From: Rhodospirillaceae bacterium
GTDB taxonomy: Bacteria; Pseudomonadota; Alphaproteobacteria; Rhodospirillales; Casp-alpha2
Direction: 5' to 3'
DNA length: 64,000 nt
NCBI GenBank assembly: GCA_016845145.1
Contig: JAERTE010000098.1
Location: forward strand, 8,889 to 72,888
Part shown: positions 8,342-17,864 of the stretch, in pieces
Layout of the letters: each line of letters starts with the position of its first letter
Position numbering within the stretch: the first letter of the stretch is position 1
Notes under the pieces: generated by a model
What the model was told of the DNA's origin: nothing
Database searches by the model: none
What the model saw: the letters and a program-made list of their open reading frames with translations, nothing else
Translations under genes and position numbers: made by a program

Positions 8342-8650
8342 TGAACCCTTCGGCATATAGTCATCGATAATAGGAATTTATTGACTTTATGCTCAAAAAG
8401 TTCATGCTCGTCTCCGTAGCGTCGAAATTCGGCGCAGACGCGCTATAGGACAATCGAATCTGAAATGAACCGGTACCGATGATGTGACGTTGGTGCCGGT
8501 CTGGACAAGACAATCGTCATTCCTGTGAAAGCGGGAACGATGAATGGCGGCATGCCAAACATACACTGGCATGCGGACCATTGATTTCATTGCATAAAAT
8601 TGGGTTCGTTCCGTCACTTTTTTAGCTGGAACGACAAGAATGGGAACGCC

Positions 8651-11335
8651 CTAACGGTTCTCCACCGACTGTCCCTGGCCGCCATCAATGGCCGCTTGCG
8701 CGGCCGCAAGGCGGGCGATCGGCACTCGGAACGGTGAGCACGACACATAGCTCAACCCGACCTCGTGGCAGAACCGCACGGATTCGGGGTCGCCGCCGTG
8801 TTCGCCGCAAATGCCGAGCTTGATGTCGGGCCGCACGTTGCGGCCTTTCTCGCAGCCCATGCGCACCAATTCGCCAACGCCATCGACGTCGATGGACATG
8901 AACGGATCGACCGGCATTACCCCCTTGTCGTGATAGACCTCAAGGAACGGGGCCGCATCGTCGCGCGAAAACCCATAGGTGGTCTGCGTCAAATCATTGG
9001 TGCCGAAGCTGAAGAACTCCGCCGTTTCGGCAATGGCATCGGCGCGCAGGCAAGCGCGCGGCAGTTCGATCATGGTGCCGACCAGGTACGAAAGCTCAAC
9101 GCCCTTTTCCTGTTGCACCGCCGCTGCCGCATCATCGACAACCTGTTTCAGCATATCGAATTCCGGCCGGTCGACGATCAGCGGGATCATCACCTCCGGC
9201 ACCACGGATTTGCCCTCCCCGGTCAACGCCGCCGCCGCCTCGAAAATGGCGCGCGCCTGCATCTCGTAGATTTCGGGGTACGTGATGCCGAGCCGGCAAC
9301 CGCGATGGCCGAGCATCGGGTTGGCTTCGTCCAGCTCCAGCTTACGCGCCTTCACTTGGGCGACATCAATACCGGCTGCGGACGCGATCTCTTCCATCTC
9401 TTCCAAGGTATGCGGCAGGAACTCGTTCAACGGCGGGTCCAACAAGCGGATGGTAACGGGCAGCCCTTCCATGATCTTGAACAGATCAAGGAAATCCTGA
9501 CGCTGATAGGGCAACAGCTTATCCAGGGCGGCGCGGCGTGCGCGCTCGGACGTGGCCAAGATCATCTCGCGCATATGAACAATGCGCTCGGGCTCGAAAA
9601 ACATGTGCTCGGTGCGGCTCAGCCCAATGCCTTCGGCGCCGAACTTACGCGCCGTTTGGGCATCCGTCGGCGTTTCCGCGTTGGCGCGTACACCCAGCAC
9701 CCGGACCTCGTCGACCCACCCCATGAGGCGACCGAAATCGCCCGTGAGTTCAGGTTGCCGGGTCGCCACCAGCCCCAGCATCACCTGACCGGTGGAACCG
9801 TCGATGGTCAGCACTTCGCCCTCAGCGTAGGCCTGACCCAAGGCCATGATTTTTTTGTTTTCGTAATCGACGCGCAGATCACCGGCGCCCGAAACGCATG
9901 GCGTACCCATGCCGCGCGCCACGACGGCTGCGTGCGATGTCATGCCGCCGCGTGTGGTCAAGATGCCCTTGGCAACGTGCATGCCGTGGATGTCTTCAGG
10001 CGATGTTTCCGTGCGCACCAAAATAACGTCTTCGCCGCGCCCAACCCATGTTTCGGCGTCGTCGGCGGTAAAGACGATACGTCCGGCGGCTGCGCCGGGG
10101 CTCGATGGCAGGCCATGACCGATGATGTTGCGCTCCGCGTCGGGATCAAGCGTCGGGTGCAGCAGTTGGTCCAACTGGGCCGGGTCAACGCGCTGGATGG
10201 CTTCGGTTTTTGTCAGCAGTCCTTCGTCCACCATGTCACAGGCAATCTTCAACGACGCCTTGGCCGTGCGTTTTCCATTGCGGGTTTGCAGCATCCACAA
10301 CCGGCCTTGCTGGATGGTGAACTCCATGTCCTGCATGTCTTTATAGTGCTGTTCCAATTTCACTCGAACGTCATCGAGCTCCTTGAACAGTTCGGGCATG
10401 ACCTGTTCCATGGATGGCAGGTCCGTGCCTTGTTCGGCCTTCTCGGCTTCCGTCAGCGGTTGCGGCGTGCGGATACCGGCAACCACGTCTTCGCCCTGGG
10501 CATTGACCAGGTACTCACCATAGAAATGGTTGTCGCCGGTCGACGGGTTTCGGGTGAAGGCGACGCCGGTGGCGCAATCCTCGCCCATGTTGCCGAACAC
10601 CATGGCCTGGACGTTTACGGCCGTGCCCCACTCCGCCGGAATGCCATGCAGACGCCGGTAAGTGCGCGCCCGCGCGTTCATCCAAGACCCGAACACAGCC
10701 CCGATGGCGCCCCAAAGCTGCTCGGCCGGGTCTTGCGGGAATGGCCGGCCGAGTTTTTCCTCGGCCATTTCCAAATACTGCTCGACCAGCCGCTTCCAGT
10801 CGTCGGCGGTGAGGTCGGTGTCGAGGTAGACGTCGCGGTCTTCCTTCATGTCTTCCAGCAGATCTTCGAACAGGTGGTGATCAACGCCGAGTACGACATC
10901 GCCGTACATCTGGATGAAGCGCCGGTAGCTGTCATAGGCGAACCGCTCGTCGCCCGAACGTTTGGCCAGGCCCGCCACGGTGACGTTGTTGAGACCCAAA
11001 TTCAGCACCGTATCCATCATGCCCGGCATGGACGCCCGCGCGCCCGAGCGCACGGAAACCAGCAACGGGTTTTCCGCGTCGCCGAATTTGGCTTGCATGA
11101 TGCCTTCCATATCGGACATGGCGGCCATCAGTTCCGCATCCATGCCGTCCGGGTAGGCGCTGTCGTTGGCGGTAAAGTGAGTACAGACTTCGGTGGTGAT
11201 GGTGAAACCCGGCGGCACCGGCAGGCCGAGGCCCGCCATCTCCGCCAAGTTGGCGCCCTTGCCGCCCAACAGTTCACGCATCGCGGCCGAGCCCTCTGCC
11301 TTGCCGTCGCCGAACGCGTAAATCCACTTGCTCAT
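8651..11335 (-). CDS. ppdK: Pyruvate, phosphate dikinase
   Basis: About 894 aa from the ATG at 11335 (MSKWIYAFGDGKAEG...). Phosphohistidine region GGMTSHAAVVARGMG. PEP-utilising C-terminal domain ends ...CSPFRVPIARLAAAQA. Confidence 0.95.
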   Translation of the reverse strand: MSKWIYAFGDGKAEGSAAMRELLGGKGANLAEMAGLGLPVPPGFTITTEVCTHFTANDSAYPDGMDAELMAAMSDMEGIMQAKFGDAENPLLVSVRSGARASMPGMMDTVLNLGLNNVTVAGLAKRSGDERFAYDSYRRFIQMYGDVVLGVDHHLFEDLLEDMKEDRDVYLDTDLTADDWKRLVEQYLEMAEEKLGRPFPQDPAEQLWGAIGAVFGSWMNARARTYRRLHGIPAEWGTAVNVQAMVFGNMGEDCATGVAFTRNPSTGDNHFYGEYLVNAQGEDVVAGIRTPQPLTEAEKAEQGTDLPSMEQVMPELFKELDDVRVKLEQHYKDMQDMEFTIQQGRLWMLQTRNGKRTAKASLKIACDMVDEGLLTKTEAIQRVDPAQLDQLLHPTLDPDAERNIIGHGLPSSPGAAAGRIVFTADDAETWVGRGEDVILVRTETSPEDIHGMHVAKGILTTRGGMTSHAAVVARGMGTPCVSGAGDLRVDYENKKIMALGQAYAEGEVLTIDGSTGQVMLGLVATRQPELTGDFGRLMGWVDEVRVLGVRANAETPTDAQTARKFGAEGIGLSRTEHMFFEPERIVHMREMILATSERARRAALDKLLPYQRQDFLDLFKIMEGLPVTIRLLDPPLNEFLPHTLEEMEEIASAAGIDVAQVKARKLELDEANPMLGHRGCRLGITYPEIYEMQARAIFEAAAALTGEGKSVVPEVMIPLIVDRPEFDMLKQVVDDAAAAVQQEKGVELSYLVGTMIELPRACLRADAIAETAEFFSFGTNDLTQTTYGFSRDDAAPFLEVYHDKGVMPVDPFMSIDVDGVGELVRMGCEKGRNVRPDIKLGICGEHGGDPESVRFCHEVGLSYVSCSPFRVPIARLAAAQAAIDGGQGQSVENR

Positions 11336-11339
11336 GCTA

Positions 11340-13391
11340 TCACCCTTCGAGTTTGGAGAAATCCGCAACGCCCCCCAGCGCTGTCCGAATTTCATTCAAC
11401 AGCTTCAATCGGTTCTCCCTGAGCGCCGTGTCATCGGCGTTCACCGTCACTTCGTCAAAAAAGGCGTCCACCGGCCCGCGCAGCGCTGCCAAGGCTGCCA
11501 TGGCGGCGGCGAAGTCTTCGTCATCAACAGCTTTTGCAATCGCCGGGCCAGCTTCGGCCAAGCCTGCATGCAAGGTGCGCTCTTCCTCTTGTTCGAAAGC
11601 GCCCTCATCCACCGCGCCGTCAAAGCGCCGCGAGTCCTTTTTCTCTTCAATTTTCAGTATGTTGGCGGCGCGTCGATAAGCCGTCAGCAAGTTCTCACCG
11701 TCGTCGGAAGCAAGGAAATCCGACAACGCATCGACCCGCGCCATCAGCCGCACCAGATCGTCTTCGCCACCCAGCGCGAACACGGCATCTATCGCATCAT
11801 GCCGCACGCCACGCTCTTTGAGATGCACTTTGAGACGATCGGCGAAGAAGACCAGCAGGTCGTCTGACGGATTGTTGTCGGCACCATAAAGCTCCGCCCC
11901 TTTGGCGAATTCAGGCGCCAGCGGCAGACGCAGTCCATTTTCCAACACCAGCCTGATCACACCCAAAGCCGCACGGCGAAGTGCGAACGGATCTTTGGAG
12001 CCGGTAGGCTTTTCGTCGATAGCGAAGAAACCGACCAAACTGTCGATCTTATCGGCCAGCGAAACGCACACGCTGACCGGCTTCGAGGGGCAATCATCAT
12101 TGGGGCCGAGCGGTGAATAGTGTTCAGCGATGGCGTCAGCCACTTCCGCCGACTCGCCATCGTGAATGGCATAATAGCGGCCCACAACACCTTGCAGGTC
12201 CGGGAACTCGCCGACCATGCCGGTCGACAGATCAGCCTTGGCCAGACGCGCGGCGGACCGCACGCGGTCCTTATCGGCACCTTCGACGTGCACCGCGATG
12301 TCAGCGGCCAACGCCTGCACGCGGTCGACCTTTTCGTCCATGGAGCCCAGCTTGGCGTGGAACACGCGGTCTTTCAGCGCCGGGGCCTTGCTCGACAGCG
12401 ACGACTTGCGGTCCTGATCCCAGAAGAATTTGGCATCCGACAGCCGTGCACGTAGCACGCGTTCATTCCCGGCCACCACCTGCTTGCCGCCATCCGTGGT
12501 TTCGGTATTGGCGACGACGATGAAGCGGTTGGCCAGATTGCCATCGGAATCGAGGCACGAGAAATACTTCTGATGCGATTTCATCGACGTGATCAGCACT
12601 TCCGGCGGCACGTCCATGAACTCATCATCAATGGCGCCCATATAGACCACCGGCCATTCGACCAATCCGGTCACTTCGTCCAGCAGGCCCGGGTCGTCCT
12701 TGACGCTCAGCCCTTCCGCCGCTGCCAGTTTATCGGCCCCGCCCTGGATATGGGCGCGGCGCTCGGCCGGGTCGAGCATGACCTTGACATCCAAGAGCTT
12801 TTGTTTGTAGTCGGCGAAATCGGCAACTTCGATGGCATCGGGTGCCAAGAAACGATGGCCAACGGTCGATTTCCCAGCTTCCACCGCGCCGAACAGAAAC
12901 GGCACATCACCACCATTGAACACGGCAATCAGCGAATGGATCGGGCGCACCCACCGCATCTCGTAATCGGCCCAGCGCATGGACTTCGGCCATGGCAGAT
13001 CGCCCAAGGCCTTTGGCAGAAGTTCCGCCAAGACGTCGTTAGATTCACGGCCCTTAATATCGACAACGGCGAAAAGGAACGTGCCCTTAGGCGTTTCGCG
13101 TTCTTCGATCACCGCTCCGTCAGGCAGCGAGCCTTTAAACCCGGCCATGGCCTTTTCCGGCGCGTCGGCGCGCGGGCCGCGGCGTTCTTCGGAGACGTCC
13201 GGTTGCTTCTCGGGGAGGCCATCGACCAACAGCGCCAAGCGGCGCGGCGTCACGTAGGCTTCGGCGCTTGAAAATTCCAGCCCCGCAGCCTTCAGGCCAT
13301 CACAGACGAGGCGTTTGAGATCAGCCGCCGCGCGCTTTTGCATCCGGGCGGGGATTTCTTCGGACAGCAATTCCAGCAGTAATTCAGGCAT
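11340..13391 (-). CDS. glyS: Glycine--tRNA ligase beta subunit
   Basis: 683 aa. Starts [18 protein letters not shown], the typical GlyS N-terminus. Follows glyQ by 3 nt. Confidence 0.93.
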   Translation of the reverse strand: MPELLLELLSEEIPARMQKRAAADLKRLVCDGLKAAGLEFSSAEAYVTPRRLALLVDGLPEKQPDVSEERRGPRADAPEKAMAGFKGSLPDGAVIEERETPKGTFLFAVVDIKGRESNDVLAELLPKALGDLPWPKSMRWADYEMRWVRPIHSLIAVFNGGDVPFLFGAVEAGKSTVGHRFLAPDAIEVADFADYKQKLLDVKVMLDPAERRAHIQGGADKLAAAEGLSVKDDPGLLDEVTGLVEWPVVYMGAIDDEFMDVPPEVLITSMKSHQKYFSCLDSDGNLANRFIVVANTETTDGGKQVVAGNERVLRARLSDAKFFWDQDRKSSLSSKAPALKDRVFHAKLGSMDEKVDRVQALAADIAVHVEGADKDRVRSAARLAKADLSTGMVGEFPDLQGVVGRYYAIHDGESAEVADAIAEHYSPLGPNDDCPSKPVSVCVSLADKIDSLVGFFAIDEKPTGSKDPFALRRAALGVIRLVLENGLRLPLAPEFAKGAELYGADNNPSDDLLVFFADRLKVHLKERGVRHDAIDAVFALGGEDDLVRLMARVDALSDFLASDDGENLLTAYRRAANILKIEEKKDSRRFDGAVDEGAFEQEEERTLHAGLAEAGPAIAKAVDDEDFAAAMAALAALRGPVDAFFDEVTVNADDTALRENRLKLLNEIRTALGGVADFSKLEG

Positions 13392-13394
13392 GGC

Positions 13395-14306
13395 TTAAAC
13401 CTCCACGCCTTGAGACTTGAGCCAAGCCTCGGCGCAGCCCTTGGACAACGCACGCACACGGCCAATGTAGGCAGCGCGCTCCGTGACCGAAATCACGCCG
13501 CGCGCATCAAGCAGGTTAAACAGGTGCGAGGCCTTGAGGCAGTAGTCGTAGGCCGGCAGCGCCAAGTTTTTCTCCAACAACGCGGCGCATTCCTTCTCTG
13601 CGTCAGCGAAATGGCGAGTCAGCATCTCGGTGTCGGCGTGTTCGAAGTTGTGGGTCGAGTACTCGACCTCGGCCTGATGGAACACATCGCGGTAGGTCTT
13701 GCCGCCCTTATCCTTGTCGACGCCATCCCAGTCCAGGTCGTAAACGTTCTCAACGCCTTGCACGTACATGGCCAAACGCTCCAGCCCGTAGGTGATCTCG
13801 ACGGGCACCGGATTGCAGTCGAAGCCGCCGACTTGCTGAAAGTAGGTAAACTGCGTCACTTCCATGCCGTCGCACCAGACCTCCCAGCCAAGGCCCCAGG
13901 CACCCAGCGTCGGGCTTTCCCAGTCGTCCTCAACAAAGCGGATGTCGTGTAGCGCCGGATCAATACCGAGCACACGAAGGCTCTCCAGATAGAGGTCCTG
14001 GATGTTCGCCGGGCTCGGCTTCATCAGGACTTGGTATTGGTAATAATGCTGCAGGCGGTTGGGATTTTCGCCATAGCGGCCATCGGTAGGACGGCGCGAC
14101 GGCTGCACGTAGGCGCAGTTCCAACGGTCGTCGGGCTGGCCCAACGAACGCAGCGTCGTCGCCGGATGAAAGGTGCCGGCGCCGACCTCAATGTCGTAGG
14201 GCTGCAACAGCACGCAGCCTTGCTCCGCCCAGAAGCCTTGCAGCTTCAGGATCAGGGCCTGGAAACAGGTATCTTTGTTGGCTTTCTGGGACATGTTGGT
14301 AGACAT
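13395..14306 (-). CDS. glyQ: Glycine--tRNA ligase alpha subunit
   Basis: Highly conserved GlyQ core ([45 protein letters not shown]). Start set at the ATG at 14306 ([31 protein letters not shown]); the ATG at 14294 is an alternative. The ORF-track start at 14483 is an over-extension. Confidence 0.9.
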   Translation of the reverse strand: MSTNMSQKANKDTCFQALILKLQGFWAEQGCVLLQPYDIEVGAGTFHPATTLRSLGQPDDRWNCAYVQPSRRPTDGRYGENPNRLQHYYQYQVLMKPSPANIQDLYLESLRVLGIDPALHDIRFVEDDWESPTLGAWGLGWEVWCDGMEVTQFTYFQQVGGFDCNPVPVEITYGLERLAMYVQGVENVYDLDWDGVDKDKGGKTYRDVFHQAEVEYSTHNFEHADTEMLTRHFADAEKECAALLEKNLALPAYDYCLKASHLFNLLDARGVISVTERAAYIGRVRALSKGCAEAWLKSQGVEV

Positions 14307-14370
14307 GGGCGCGGGGCGCTTTGAACCGGTGATTACAACCGGCTGGAACCTAACACCCACCATCGGAGAA

Positions 14371-14601
14371 TCAAGTGCAGCGGTGCCCGCCACCTTTGGC
14401 CACGTAGGCTCCACAATCTGGACATTGCACCATTTCTTCCACGTCGGGCGCTTTCGCGGCTCCCGCTTCAACGCGGCCGGCATTGTCCGACTGCTGCTGT
14501 TGCACTTGGGCGCGGCGGTTTAACCACTTGAACCCGTACCAAACAGCGGCGATCACCGCGATGGTGAACAGAATTTTCGGCAGCGAGAAAATACCAAACA
14601 T
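14371..14601 (-). CDS. Small membrane-anchored protein with C-terminal CxxC...HxC zinc-ribbon-like motif (hypothetical)
   Basis: 76 aa. N-terminal [21 protein letters not shown], low-complexity linker, then [16 protein letters not shown]. It only overlaps the spurious N-terminal extension of glyQ. No obvious SD. Confidence 0.5.
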   Translation of the reverse strand: MFGIFSLPKILFTIAVIAAVWYGFKWLNRRAQVQQQQSDNAGRVEAGAAKAPDVEEMVQCPDCGAYVAKGGGHRCT

Positions 14602-14642
14602 AATTTTGGTTTAAGCGCTTAAGCAGGGGATTGCAATGTCAC

Positions 14643-15518
14643 TCAAAGCCCGAATCGATTCCAAATCAGACGTTCCTCAACTGCGGCGATGAGACCGGAT
14701 GAAAGATCGCCACCCATGTCCGCACTCAACCAGTGCCCAGATGCATTCATACCGAACCGCTTGCGCCACCAAGGCCGGCGTTCATCCATGACGCGGAACC
14801 GCACCTCCTCCCCGTGGATGTCGCGCATAACGCCCCTGAGGTCGCCAAGGCCGTCGATGAGTCCCATTTCCAGCGCTCTGTGCCCGGTCCAAAAAGCGCC
14901 GCTGAACAATACCTTGTCGTCGGCTTGCAGTTTCGAGCCTCGGCGTTCGCGGACCATGTCTTTGAAATCGTCGTGAATTTCCGCCTGCAGGGCTTTCAGG
15001 TGCTTCACATCAGCGGCTTTTTCCGGCCCAAACGGGTCGAGCATGGCTTTCTTGTCGCCAGACGTATGCATTCGGCGCTCAATGCCCATCTTCGCAATCA
15101 TTTCGGTGAAGCCGAAACCGCCAGAAACAACGCCGATGGAGCCGACAATGGATGATGGTTGCGCATGGATGCGGTCCGCCGCGCAAGCCAGCCAATATCC
15201 GCCCGACGCGCCGACATCCTCGATAAAAGCATGCACGGGCACTTCGTTTTCCACCGCCAGATCTCGGATACGTTTCGCGATCAGCGCCGATTGCACTGGT
15301 GAGCCGCCGGGTGAATTTATCGCCAAAGCCACGCCTGCCAGATGTTTGGTTTTGAAAGCGCGCTCGATACGCGGCGCCAACGCCTGCAGGGACAACCCGC
15401 GCTTAAAACTCCCCATGCCGCCGATTACACCGGTGAGCGGCAACACGGCGACAACCGGTTTGGGCTCACGCCAAGATGCGACGGGTAGATAGGGTCGAAT
15501 GGATTCCATCATGGTCAT
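14643..15518 (-). CDS. S49 family (SppA/SohB-like) serine peptidase
   Basis: Motifs LAINSPGGSPVQS and DVGASGGYWLACAAD. Start set at the ATG at 15518 (MTMMESIRPYL...), 8 nt after the upstream gene stop. Confidence 0.85.
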   Translation of the reverse strand: MTMMESIRPYLPVASWREPKPVVAVLPLTGVIGGMGSFKRGLSLQALAPRIERAFKTKHLAGVALAINSPGGSPVQSALIAKRIRDLAVENEVPVHAFIEDVGASGGYWLACAADRIHAQPSSIVGSIGVVSGGFGFTEMIAKMGIERRMHTSGDKKAMLDPFGPEKAADVKHLKALQAEIHDDFKDMVRERRGSKLQADDKVLFSGAFWTGHRALEMGLIDGLGDLRGVMRDIHGEEVRFRVMDERRPWWRKRFGMNASGHWLSADMGGDLSSGLIAAVEERLIWNRFGL

Positions 15519-15525
15519 GCCTCGA

Positions 15526-16314
15526 TTATAACAGCGGCTCGGCGTCGCGGAGAACCGATTGCGCCGCCTCGGAATAGGGCCGCCGATGGCCATCGGGATG
15601 TATCTCCGCTGCATGTAGCACCAACGGCGGATAGAAGATAGTCTCGCCGGCGCGTCCCTTCCAGCCCCTGACAATGACCCGCTTGGCAGTGGCATCCGGT
15701 ATCGGTGCGATCGGCAACACCTCAAGCGCTCCGCACCCTTCGCCCGTCAGCCCATCACAGACTTCCCGAAGTCGGTCGGCGCGGTGAATGACCGTGCAAC
15801 TGCCGCCGGCTTTCACTCGATCCACACAAAACCGCAACCACAACGGAAGCTTCGCCCGCCCCTCCACCATGGCCGTGGCTTTCATGGGATCGGGCGGCGG
15901 ATGGCCTTTGCCGGCGGGCATATATGGCGGATTGCTCATGACATGGTCAAAACTCGCCGGTTCCAGTTCATCTGGCGGGGTCAACAGGTCACCGGTCACG
16001 ACGCGGACCCTTGCCCCGAAATTATTGGCATCGATGCCCTGCTGCGCCAACCCGGCCAACAGCGCCTGCAATTCAAGCCCGACAACGCGTGATTCCATGG
16101 CGCGTACCGCGACACAAAAAGCCGATGCACCGACCCCGGTGCCGACATCGAGCACCCGTTCGCCGGCTTTCGCGGGTACGGCAGCCGCCAATAGTACGGC
16201 GTCTATTGCCGTGCGGTAGCCCTTCGCCGGTTGAAAACACCGCACACGACCGCCCAGCAAGTGGGTTTCGGTAGCCTCTGGTGTCTCTGGCCTCCCTGGC
16301 GTCCCTGGCGTCAC
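15526..16314 (-). CDS. Class I SAM-dependent N6-adenine-type methyltransferase (TrmN6/YfiC-like)
   Basis: SAM motif VLDVGTGVGASAF and catalytic NPPY (MSNPPYMPAG). GTG start overlaps the DUF2007 stop (GTGA). Confidence 0.75.
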   Translation of the reverse strand: MTPGTPGRPETPEATETHLLGGRVRCFQPAKGYRTAIDAVLLAAAVPAKAGERVLDVGTGVGASAFCVAVRAMESRVVGLELQALLAGLAQQGIDANNFGARVRVVTGDLLTPPDELEPASFDHVMSNPPYMPAGKGHPPPDPMKATAMVEGRAKLPLWLRFCVDRVKAGGSCTVIHRADRLREVCDGLTGEGCGALEVLPIAPIPDATAKRVIVRGWKGRAGETIFYPPLVLHAAEIHPDGHRRPYSEAAQSVLRDAEPLL

Positions 16315-16517
16315 AGGTTGTCAGCCTCGCGAAGCACCAGCCGTGCTCGGCCAATATGCGGCTCAATAACCATAACTCGGCGCTGGATGGCGGGAATTGA
16401 CCCGTCAGCCACAGCCATATGGCCATCAAGGACAACGGCCTCGATCCCTTCCTGGTCCAAGCGCATGGTCAGCCACGAGAGGAAAACTGCATCGTTGCTG
16501 CGTATCAGTTCGATCAT
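16311..16517 (-). CDS. DUF2007-like small protein
   Basis: From the ATG at 16517: MIELIRSNDAVFLSWLTMRLDQEGIEAVVLDGHMAVADGSIPAIQRRVMVIEPHIGRARLVLREADNL. This matches my recollection of the roughly 70-aa DUF2007 pattern. The GTG at 16556 is an alternative start. Confidence 0.65.
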   Translation of the reverse strand: MIELIRSNDAVFLSWLTMRLDQEGIEAVVLDGHMAVADGSIPAIQRRVMVIEPHIGRARLVLREADNL

Positions 16518-16584
16518 ATTTGGTTGTCCATACTTGCTCGTCTCCGCTTGCCGCACCGGCGTCCAGTGTTATGCTCACGAGTGA

Positions 16585-17655
16585 TTGTGCCTCGTCAAGA
16601 CGATCCTATTACAGGCGGGGAAAACCTGGGAGGACCTTTTGGGAATCGTTGTCAGCCTGGATGGCGAACACAAAAAACCGTCGTTGGATGCGCTCACGGC
16701 TATCGTCGAAGATGACCTAGCGGCGGTCAATCGCGTCATTTTACGCAAGATGGACTCGCCGGTAGCGCTGATCCCACAACTGGCTGGCCATATCATCGCA
16801 GCCGGCGGCAAACGCCTGCGCCCCATGTTGACCCTCGCTGCCGCGCGCATGTGCGGCTACACGGAAGGCCAACGTCACATCGCATTGGCGACATGCGTCG
16901 AGTTCATCCACACGGCCACGCTTTTGCATGACGATGTCGTTGATGAAAGTGATCTGCGCCGCGGTCAGGAATCGGCCAACGCCATCTTCGGCAACAAGGC
17001 CAGTGTGCTGGTCGGTGACTTCCTGTTCAGCCGTTCGTTCGAGTTGATGGTCGAAGACGGCTCGCTCGACGTACTTGCCATTTTAAGTCACGCCTCTGCA
17101 GTGATTGCCGAAGGTGAAGTCCTGCAGTTAATCACCACCAACGACACCGAGACCGGCGAAACCGCCTATCTGGACGTGATTAAAGGCAAAACAGCGCAAC
17201 TGTTCGCAGCCGCTTGCCGTGTTGGTGCTGTTGTCGCCGGCCGTCCGAAGGTTGAGGAAGAGGCGCTCGAGTCCTACGGCATGAATTTGGGCATCGTGTT
17301 TCAGTTGATCGACGATGTGCTCGATTACTCGGCCGAACAGGCGAAACTTGGCAAAACCGTCGGCGATGATTTCCGCGAAGGAAAGATAACGCTACCCGTG
17401 ATCTTGGCGTTCCGGCGCGGTGATGACGAGGAGCGAGCTTTTTGGCGGCGCACACTTGAGGATCTGGAGCAAACCGACACAGACCTTGAGCGAGCCATCG
17501 AACTGATGACCCGCCACCAAGCGCTCGACGACACCATCGAACGGGCCCGGCACTACGGTGCTATTGCTCGGGATTCCTTGGGTATATTCAAAGACGACCC
17601 GATCAAACAGGCATTTCACGACCTGATCGATTTCTGCATCGAACGCGCCCACTAG
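16585..17655 (+). CDS. ispB: Polyprenyl (octaprenyl-type) diphosphate synthase
   Basis: FARM motif LLHDDVVDESDLRRG and SARM motif FQLIDDVLDY. The true start may lie somewhat downstream of 16585. Confidence 0.88.
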   Translation: MCLVKTILLQAGKTWEDLLGIVVSLDGEHKKPSLDALTAIVEDDLAAVNRVILRKMDSPVALIPQLAGHIIAAGGKRLRPMLTLAAARMCGYTEGQRHIALATCVEFIHTATLLHDDVVDESDLRRGQESANAIFGNKASVLVGDFLFSRSFELMVEDGSLDVLAILSHASAVIAEGEVLQLITTNDTETGETAYLDVIKGKTAQLFAAACRVGAVVAGRPKVEEEALESYGMNLGIVFQLIDDVLDYSAEQAKLGKTVGDDFREGKITLPVILAFRRGDDEERAFWRRTLEDLEQTDTDLERAIELMTRHQALDDTIERARHYGAIARDSLGIFKDDPIKQAFHDLIDFCIERAH

Positions 17656-17684
17656 GACATTATTTGTAAATCTTTTTCAAAATC

Positions 17685-17713
17685 TTGCCCTTACGCAGAT
17701 ACGGCGCTATAAC
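17685..17713 (+). promoter_or_regulatory. Candidate sigma70-type promoter for tRNA-Pro
   Basis: TTGCCC (17685-17690), 17-nt spacer, TATAAC (17708-17713), about 40 nt upstream of the tRNA 5' end. Confidence 0.35.
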
Positions 17714-17754
17714 GCGCCCCTGTCCGGTTTCCCGTAAGTTGCTGGACACATGGT

Positions 17755-17831
17755 CGGGACGTGGCGCAGTCTGGTAGCGCACCTCGTTCGGGACGAGGGG
17801 GTCGGAGGTTCGAATCCTCTCGTCCCGACCA
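17755..17831 (+). tRNA. tRNA-Pro (anticodon CGG)
   Basis: Hand-folded cloverleaf. Acceptor CGGGACG/CGTCCCG, D-stem GCGC/GCGC, anticodon stem CCTCG/CGAGG with loop TTCGGGA (CGG, G37), T-arm GGAGG-TTCGAAT-CCTCT, encoded CCA. 77 nt. Confidence 0.92.
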
Positions 17832-17864
17832 ATTCCTCATAAAATTCAATATATTAACGCCGGC

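Noticed and set aside
8119-8617. ORF-track ORFs 8119..8364 (-) and 8402..8617 (-) in the HIT-ppdK intergenic region.
   Set aside because: No SD, odd composition and no family resemblance. 8119..8364 runs antisense through a clear terminator and the better-supported 31-codon + strand gene.
8765-11422. 885-aa ORF on the + strand spanning the whole ppdK locus.
   Set aside because: It is antisense to an unmistakable ppdK gene. The product is Arg/Ala/Gly/His-rich with no recognisable motifs, which is typical of shadow ORFs in GC-rich DNA.
17755-17864. tRNA-Pro as the integration site of a genomic island.
   Set aside because: I found no integrase, no direct repeat of the tRNA 3' end downstream, and no compositional break. 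There is only a 33-nt AT-rich spacer.
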